A stretch of DNA of 12,296 nt from Candidatus Nanohalobium sp. (lineage in GTDB: Archaea > Nanohalarchaeota > Nanosalinia > Nanosalinales > Nanosalinaceae): positions 1 through 12,296 of the forward strand of contig JBDGSL010000064.1 in the NCBI GenBank assembly GCA_042217555.1, read 5' to 3'. The position numbers were made by a program, and so were the translations under genes. The notes beneath the pieces were generated by a model. It saw nothing but the letters and a program-made list of their open reading frames with translations, was not told the origin of the DNA and ran no database searches. This document shows positions 1-5,543 of this stretch, one piece after another (within the stretch, counting starts at the first letter, position 1; each line of letters starts with the position of its first letter).

Positions 1-312
1 GGTGGAACGCGTGGAGTGCAGGTCGATAACCGTCTTGCCTTTCACTTCCTCCGTGATCTCTGCGGCCAGTCTGTCCTCGTACCTGCTTGAATCAGGGTCG
101 CCAGGGAAACTGGAGTTCAGATCCCTGTCAATAAACCTTTCTCCCTCCTCCAACGCCTTTTCATTGGCTATAATAAACTTTACAGGCCTCCGAAACTCCG
201 ATTCTTCTTCAAGCACTTTTTCAACTGCGTTCTTGCCTGCGGGTTCATCTCCATGTACAGAGCCGACAACAACGATCTCCGGCTCACCACTTCCCCTGAC
301 AGTAGTTTTCAT
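1..312 (-). CDS. Succinylglutamate desuccinylase/aspartoacylase family (peptidase M14-like) zinc hydrolase, 5' part; runs off the window
   Basis: Not in the ORF track; translated by hand from ATG 312: MKTTVRGSGEPEIVVVGSVHGDEPAGKNAVEKVLEEESEFRRPVKFIIANEKALEEGERFIDRDLNSSFPGDPDSSRYEDRLAAEITEEVKGKTVIDLHSTRST. It has the HGDE zinc motif, AN..A....RF.D.DLN.SFPG and DLHS. An AT-rich TTTTTAT element lies just upstream on the - strand. Confidence 0.9.
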   Translation of the reverse strand, partial: MKTTVRGSGEPEIVVVGSVHGDEPAGKNAVEKVLEEESEFRRPVKFIIANEKALEEGERFIDRDLNSSFPGDPDSSRYEDRLAAEITEEVKGKTVIDLHSTRST

Positions 313-355
313 AGTAAAACTCTTGCCGGAGACAGAGATAAAAACAAGTAGGGAC

Positions 356-387
356 AGAGAGAGGAAAACACTTTTCCTGGGCTCTCT
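356..387. terminator. Intergenic hairpin, possible terminator or RNA stem
   Basis: AGAGAG-AGGAAAA-CAC-TTTTCCT-GGG-CTCTCT: a perfect 7-bp inner stem plus a 6-bp outer stem with a 3-nt bulge, just downstream of the 411..659 gene. Confidence 0.4.
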
Positions 388-410
388 CCAAAGCCATGTT
401 TCTGCATCCT

Positions 411-659
411 TTATACAGGTTTCAGGCCGGATACAAAGGTTTTTGCGTCTTGAACTGCTTCGTGCAGGTCTGCGTCTTCGCTGAATATCCACTTGTCGAT
501 GTACCAGAAGATGCATGCGCCTATGAACTGTGTTACGGCCAGGTTCAGCTGCACAGGCAGGTTTACGTAGTCGAGAACAGTCATAGGCCCCATCATGACT
601 AGGGTTGCAAGCTGCCATCTCAGGTGGTAGGTCATGTACTGCCTTGAGATCAGGGACAT
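411..659 (-). CDS. Small membrane protein (82 aa, about 2 TM segments), uncharacterised
   Basis: Start moved to ATG 659, which follows SD-like GAAGGTGG. MSLISRQYMTYHLRWQLATLVMMGPM...QFIGACIFWYIDKWIF; the RWQL...IG..IF..ID.WIF pattern resembles a conserved small hypothetical membrane family (from memory). Confidence 0.75.
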   Translation of the reverse strand: MSLISRQYMTYHLRWQLATLVMMGPMTVLDYVNLPVQLNLAVTQFIGACIFWYIDKWIFSEDADLHEAVQDAKTFVSGLKPV

Positions 660-813
660 AGAGAGACCACCTTCAAACCGCGGGGTTGACTGGAGAAAGA
701 GTTCATGTATGTAACTGCTGTACAGGGGAAACCAAAAAAAGTTTTTGAACGGAAAACTGTAGTTTTTACTTCGAGGGGACGGAGTGAGGTGCAAGGGTGA
801 TCCGGAGAGGTGT

Positions 814-1473
814 TTAGTTCTTGTTCAGTATTTTTTCCAGTTGTCTGAGGTCTTGGATGTTGTGGTCTGCTTTTTCGTGTGTTCCGCCGTTTCTGTCCAG
901 GTATGCTGATTTGATCTCCGCTTTTTCTGCGGCTTTGATATCTGAAGGTGAGTCTCCTACCATCAACGGGTTTTTGCTGTCCAGTTCTTCGCAGGCTTTT
1001 TCCACCATGTAGCTGCTGGGTTTCATCTGTTTGACGTAGCTTTCTATGTCGGTGAGCCGGGGTGCGTACCAGAAGTCTACCGTTTTTTCCAGGTCAAGGG
1101 TTGATGCTATCTCGTCGAGTGCGTCTCCGTAGGCGTTGCTTACCAGTGCAACCGGTATATCTGACCGGAGTACTTCACGGCTGTGAGGGTAAAGTGTTAT
1201 CTCGCCGTCTTCAACCATCTCTACTTTTCTATCTGCTACAGCTTTCTCCCATTCTCTCAGGTCCTCAGGGTCTATACCGTACTCCTCCAGGCCTTCCTGG
1301 AACTCTTCGTAGGAACCGGTTTCAAAAAGCAGTCTTAACTCGTCAAGGCTGTTATCGTAGCCGAGACTTCTTGCCTTCTCCTCTCTTACCTTGTTCGCCC
1401 ATTCAAAGCCGTCCCTGTCAGAGGCAAGTAAAACACCGTCAAAATCAAAGATCACAGAATCATACTGCTCCAC
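814..1473 (-). CDS. HAD-superfamily phosphatase (phosphoglycolate phosphatase-like, subfamily IA)
   Basis: Motif I FDFDGVL, motif II VSN, motif III KP, motif IV GDSPSD. Start moved to GTG 1473, after SD AGGTGG (1479-1484) and TATA-like TTTTAAA (1508-1514). The ORF-track extension to 1641 overlaps the neighbouring gene. Confidence 0.9.
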   Translation of the reverse strand: MEQYDSVIFDFDGVLLASDRDGFEWANKVREEKARSLGYDNSLDELRLLFETGSYEEFQEGLEEYGIDPEDLREWEKAVADRKVEMVEDGEITLYPHSREVLRSDIPVALVSNAYGDALDEIASTLDLEKTVDFWYAPRLTDIESYVKQMKPSSYMVEKACEELDSKNPLMVGDSPSDIKAAEKAEIKSAYLDRNGGTHEKADHNIQDLRQLEKILNKN

Positions 1474-1559
1474 TGATGCCACCTGGTCAAAGGAATAGAA
1501 CAGGAGATTTAAAATACTAGTTGAGAACAGTAGGCCGCAAAAGTTATCTTTCACCGTGT

Positions 1560-1952
1560 TCAGAGATATTTTTCCTGGAACTCTTCTAGCTGTTCTACCA
1601 GTTTGATGTTGTACTTGTTGCGGCTGCTTTTGCTGTTCCATACATCTACTTCTAGCTTTTCGTACACCTGGCTTATCTCGTGGAGTGTTGTAAGTGCACG
1701 ACCAACAGTTCTGTTCTCAGATTCGTTCTCGCTGCCAAGCAGGTATCTTACCGAAATCCAGTTCCCTCCTTGTTCCCCGGACTTTTCCCTGTATTTATCT
1801 ATAATCTTCTGAAGGTTGTCCTCCAGGAAGGTTGTCTTTTTCTCTCGCTCTGCCTGAATCCGGTCTTCCTCAATGTTTTGGTCTCTGTACTTCTCCTCAA
1901 GAGCCTTCTCAACAAGTTCTCCAAGTTCTTCAGAATCCTCTGTTCTTTCCAT
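1560..1952 (-). CDS. Hypothetical acidic protein with a predicted winged-helix-like C-terminal domain
   Basis: Start probably ATG 1952 (MERTEDSEE). The segment TVGRALTTLHEISQVYEKLEVDVWNSKSSRNKYNI looks like a recognition helix plus wing and is paralogous to part of the next gene. Confidence 0.7.
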   Translation of the reverse strand: MERTEDSEELGELVEKALEEKYRDQNIEEDRIQAEREKKTTFLEDNLQKIIDKYREKSGEQGGNWISVRYLLGSENESENRTVGRALTTLHEISQVYEKLEVDVWNSKSSRNKYNIKLVEQLEEFQEKYL

Positions 1953-2003
1953 CCACAGTAATCGAGAGAACGCCAATGTTTTTTACTGTTTCCAGGTAGC
2001 TAA

Positions 2004-2639
2004 TCACAGTGACCTGGTTTCGATGTATCTGTACCTGCCGTCTGTTTTCTGTACTTTGTCCCTTGATCCTATCCTGTTCTTGAGTCTTGTAACGGTCATC
2101 TCGTATCCAAGTTCTTCCTCAAACTTTGCGACAAGCTCCTTCTGCTTGAGGCTTCCCTCATCCCTGAGAATTTCTTCGATAAGGTCTGCCTCTTCCTCCG
2201 GAAGTTTACGTAACTCTATGTTCCTCTCCAGTTCCCTCATTTTTTCGATGTCGTTCCCGCTGAAATCGTACACGTCGCTTCCGCTTCCCCTGTGGTTCTC
2301 CTTCTCCACCTCCAAACCTTCAAGGTAGTTGGACAGGTAGGAAAGGCCCTGGAGACAGCTACCGAAGACAGTGGTCTCTGCATCGGAATCAGTTTTTCTC
2401 TGGAAATACCCGGAGTTGTAACTGCGTTTTAACTTCGGATCAACCTCTTCATCCAGAACATCATTTACATGTTTAATATACCTTCTGACCGCCTCGGAGT
2501 ATATACGAGGATTGATCTCTCCCTCTCTTTCTTCCCTCCTCTCCCTTCGGATAACATCCTCCAGGTACTCATCAATGTTCTCAAAGGAAACGTCTTCAGG
2601 ATTTATCCCGGAGTTTTCAGATTCCCTTCTTGAAACCAC
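2004..2639 (-). CDS. Hypothetical protein with two predicted winged-helix-like domains
   Basis: 211 aa, GTG start with TATA-like CTTAAA (2668-2673) about 30 nt upstream. The central domain is similar to 1560..1952. The C-terminal LIEEILRDEGSLKQKELVAKF...LKNRI...VQKTDGRYRY has a wHTH pattern. Confidence 0.75.
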   Translation of the reverse strand: MVSRRESENSGINPEDVSFENIDEYLEDVIRRERREEREGEINPRIYSEAVRRYIKHVNDVLDEEVDPKLKRSYNSGYFQRKTDSDAETTVFGSCLQGLSYLSNYLEGLEVEKENHRGSGSDVYDFSGNDIEKMRELERNIELRKLPEEEADLIEEILRDEGSLKQKELVAKFEEELGYEMTVTRLKNRIGSRDKVQKTDGRYRYIETRSL

Positions 2640-2692
2640 GGCAAGAAAACCCTGGATACCTGAAAGATTTAAGTATATGTGAAGCCTTTATC

Positions 2693-3015
2693 TCAGTCGA
2701 TGTAGGCCAGGACTTCCCCGTCTCTGACATTACCGTGGGTCGTGCCTTTCCGGCCCTCATCGACGACCACCACTCTTTCACTCCATGACTCGTCGATATC
2801 CAGATCGTACTCCACATCGCCCCCCCCTCAGCTACTACACCACCGTCTTCACCAATCTCAGGCTCCAGGATGTAGATGTCTCTTGGAGGCTCGCCGGTTT
2901 CCAGGGCCTCTTCAACCTTGCCAAGTTCACTGCGGTATCCCTGACTCTCTTTAAGACGGATCGAAACCTCGTCCGATTCAAGACGCTTGGCGTACTTTTC
3001 CCACTCGTTTTCCAT
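2693..3015 (-). pseudogene. Acidic hypothetical protein (about 107 aa) interrupted by a frameshift in a G8 tract; pseudogene, phase-variable gene or sequencing error
   Basis: The first frame reads MENEWEKY...IGEDGGVVAEGG. After the C8 run at 2820-2827 the acidic reading continues in the -1 frame as GDVEYDLDIDESWSERVVVVDEGRKGTTHGNVRDGEVLAYID*, with TGA at 2693-2695. The span is 323 nt, one base short of a whole number of codons. Confidence 0.75.
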
Positions 3016-3064
3016 GACTACCGTACCGGTTCCAAGTCTTAACAGCTTACCGGGAAGGGGGAAA

Positions 3065-3097
3065 CCGGGTTAAACCTGGCCAACTAAAATAAGATGT
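3065..3097 (+). promoter_or_regulatory. Probable leaderless promoter of polX with an imperfect palindrome over the TATA position
   Basis: GTTAAA at 3069-3074, 24-29 nt before ATG 3098, embedded in CCGGGT-TAA-ACCTGG; no SD sequence. Confidence 0.4.
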
Positions 3098-4810
3098 ATG
3101 AAGAACAAGGAAGTCGCGGATATGTTCTACGAGGTAGCGGACTTGCTGGAGATGAAGGATGTCGAGTGGAAGCCTCGTGCATACCGTAGGGCAGCGAGAA
3201 GCATCGAATCGCTTTCAGAGCCGATTGAAGACGTTTACAAGCGGGGAGAGCTTCAGGAGATCGATGGTGTAGGGGAAGCAATCGCCGGGAAGGTACAGGA
3301 GTTCCTGGAGACAGGAGAGCTGGAGTACTACGAGGAGCTGAAACAGGAACTTCCGGTGGACATCGAGGCTTTAAGCTCTGTCGAGGGAGTAGGACCGAAG
3401 ACTGCACGGAAACTCTACAACGAACTCGGTGTTAAAACCCTTGAACAACTGGAGGAAGCAGCTGAAAACGGTGAGATCGCGGAACTGGAAGGATTCGGTG
3501 AGAAAACACAGGAAAACATACTGAAACACGTAGAGACTGCGAAGAAAGGAGAGAAACGGATGCTGCTAGGGAAGGCCTTCCCGATAGCAGAAAACATACG
3601 TGGAAAGCTCCGTGAAATGAATAGCTTCGGAAAAGTCGAAGTAGTAGGTTCGTTCAGAAGGCGAAGGCCGACCGTCGGCGATATCGACATCCTGGCATCC
3701 ACAGAATCCAGGGAAGAAGCCATGGAGGAGTTCACAGGGATGGACGATGTAAAGGAGGTTCTCAGCCAGGGAGAGACAAAGTCATCAGTTATCGTAGCAG
3801 GCGGCCTCAGAATTGATCTCCGGCTTGTAGATAAGAGCTCATGGGGTTCAGCCCTGCAGTACTTCACAGGTTCAAAGGATCACAACATCGCCTTGAGAAA
3901 CCTGGCGCTGGAAAAAGGCTGGAAACTGAACGAATACGGACTTTTCGACACAGATAACGGAAAAGAAGGGCAGAAAGCAGGTGAAAAAGTCGCAGGCGAA
4001 AAAGAGGAGGAAGTCTACAAAAATCTGGATCTGGAGTTTATCGCTCCAGAACTCAGGGAGGACACAGGCGAAGTAGAAACAGCAGGAAAAGGAGAGCTAC
4101 CGGAACTGGTCACGGAAGAAGAAATCAGAGGAGACCTCCAGATGCACACCGATTACAGCGACGGAAACGCCACTGTGGACGAAATGGCGGAGAAAGCCGA
4201 TGAAAAAGGCCACGAATACATACTTGTAACCGACCACGGACCCTCACTGCACGTCGCAGGAGGCCCTGAATCAGTGGAAGACCTGGAAGAACAGCGCTGG
4301 GAAATAGAGAAAGCAAACAGACAGTACAACGTAGAAGCCCTCCAAGGCATGGAAGTCAACATAACCGGAAACGGGATAGACATAGGAGAAGACATGCTGG
4401 AAATGCTGGACCTCGTAGTCATCGCCATGCACAACCGCCTGGAAAACCCTACAGAACAGGTAGTGAAAGCTATGGAGAAACATCCGGTCGACATCCTCGC
4501 ACACCCACTCAACCGGATGATCAACAAAAGAGAACCAGTAGACCTCGACATGGACAGAATCACGGAAAAAGCAGCGGAAAACAACATCGCACTTGAAATC
4601 AACTCCCAGCCATCCCGGCTCGACCTCCCCTGGGACCTCGTAAAAGAACACCGCAAAAAAGTAAAGTTCGTAGTATCCACAGACGCCCACACCACAGGAG
4701 AACTCGACTACCTGCACCTCGGCACATCTCAGGCCCGAAAAGGCTGGCTCAAAAAAGAAGACATCCTAAACACACAAAAACTAGAAAAACTGGTGGAATA
4801 CTTTAGTTGA
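3098..4810 (+). CDS. polX: DNA polymerase X family with C-terminal PHP domain
   Basis: HhH motifs (IDGVGEAIAGK, VEGVGPKTA, LEGFGEKT). Catalytic GSFRR...GDIDIL and RIDLR are present, as are YFTGSKDHN and LNEYGL. PHP motifs: DLQMHT.YSDG, TDH, EVNI, AMH, AHP, EINS, STDAH. Confidence 0.97.
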   Translation: MKNKEVADMFYEVADLLEMKDVEWKPRAYRRAARSIESLSEPIEDVYKRGELQEIDGVGEAIAGKVQEFLETGELEYYEELKQELPVDIEALSSVEGVGPKTARKLYNELGVKTLEQLEEAAENGEIAELEGFGEKTQENILKHVETAKKGEKRMLLGKAFPIAENIRGKLREMNSFGKVEVVGSFRRRRPTVGDIDILASTESREEAMEEFTGMDDVKEVLSQGETKSSVIVAGGLRIDLRLVDKSSWGSALQYFTGSKDHNIALRNLALEKGWKLNEYGLFDTDNGKEGQKAGEKVAGEKEEEVYKNLDLEFIAPELREDTGEVETAGKGELPELVTEEEIRGDLQMHTDYSDGNATVDEMAEKADEKGHEYILVTDHGPSLHVAGGPESVEDLEEQRWEIEKANRQYNVEALQGMEVNITGNGIDIGEDMLEMLDLVVIAMHNRLENPTEQVVKAMEKHPVDILAHPLNRMINKREPVDLDMDRITEKAAENNIALEINSQPSRLDLPWDLVKEHRKKVKFVVSTDAHTTGELDYLHLGTSQARKGWLKKEDILNTQKLEKLVEYFS

Positions 4811-4894
4811 TCAGTCAAGCTACGGTAGGCTGCCAAGAAATCGAAAAACTGTTTTAAGCACTTAAATTAAGCAACTGACAATTTTTTGACTAAC

Positions 4895-5440
4895 TTACTT
4901 GCCTTCCAGCTTCCTCATACCTATGTTGTGGAATGTTAGGTCAGGATGTTTCAAGGCAACAAAGTCTCTTTCTTCGTTCATGTCAAAGCCGTATATTTCT
5001 GAGAAGACCTGGTTGAAGTTTCTCAGTGATGTATCGATGTCCTGGTATCTTCTCTCTAACTTGGTTACCTGGTTGTATTTCTCTTCCAGTGTATTTTCTC
5101 CGGGTTTGTACTTGGCTGTGTCTACCTCCGGGTTCAGTATTTCTTCTCTGAGGTTGGATTTTCTTTTTTCCAGCATTGTTTCGACACGGTTCCAGAGGTA
5201 GTAGAGGTTGTCGTCCATCAGGTATTCGTTGACTTCGTCCGGTATCTCTCCTTTCTCTCTTACAAGGTCGTGTCTTCCAAGGTCTCTGTACCGGGGGTTC
5301 ATCTCCGTGGTGAAATCAGGTCTTCTGTCGTCTCCTTCCTCCGATCCGTACAGGAATCTGTAACCTGTTTCAAGTGCTTCTTCGGCTACTCTTTCAAAGG
5401 TGTCCACGGCCAGTTCCAGGTTGATTTCGTCTTCTTCCAT
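4895..5440 (-). CDS. Hypothetical acidic, mostly helical protein (about 181 aa)
   Basis: Long ORF filling the polX-ligA gap, with D/E-rich composition like its neighbours. Start probably ATG 5440 (MEEDEINLE). No motif recognised. Confidence 0.75.
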   Translation of the reverse strand: MEEDEINLELAVDTFERVAEEALETGYRFLYGSEEGDDRRPDFTTEMNPRYRDLGRHDLVREKGEIPDEVNEYLMDDNLYYLWNRVETMLEKRKSNLREEILNPEVDTAKYKPGENTLEEKYNQVTKLERRYQDIDTSLRNFNQVFSEIYGFDMNEERDFVALKHPDLTFHNIGMRKLEGK

Positions 5441-5543
5441 GAGATTAGTATTCAACAACTATTTCTTTTTATCTTTTTGCCACTTCCTGGTGGAAAACTT
5501 TTTTCGAAGGTTTCTTGTTAACCAGACCACAAAATTATAAATT

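Noticed and set aside
2..602. + strand ORFs 2..484 and 396..602
   Set aside because: Antisense shadows of the M14 hydrolase and the membrane gene; no motifs.
775..813. Repeated CACCTC/GATCACC (anti-SD or 16S-tail-like) words downstream of the HAD gene on the - strand
   Set aside because: Very short matches in a pyrimidine-rich 3' region; no rRNA context and no convincing fold with the downstream SD.
2617..2819. C-terminal tail of track ORF 2617..3015 (AMWSTIWIST...)
   Set aside because: Out-of-frame read-through after the G8 tract; it overlaps the next gene and its promoter.
821..3042. + strand ORFs overlapping the - strand genes (821, 1062, 1603, 1680, 1873, 2742, 2785)
   Set aside because: Shadow frames lacking the acidic composition of the real genes.
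4811..4894. Short palindromes (TTAAG-CA-CTTAA, CTTAA-A-TTAAG) and AGTCAA/TTGACT ends between convergent genes; considered as a MITE or att site
   Set aside because: Only 5-6 bp in AT-rich DNA, with no target duplication or second copy.
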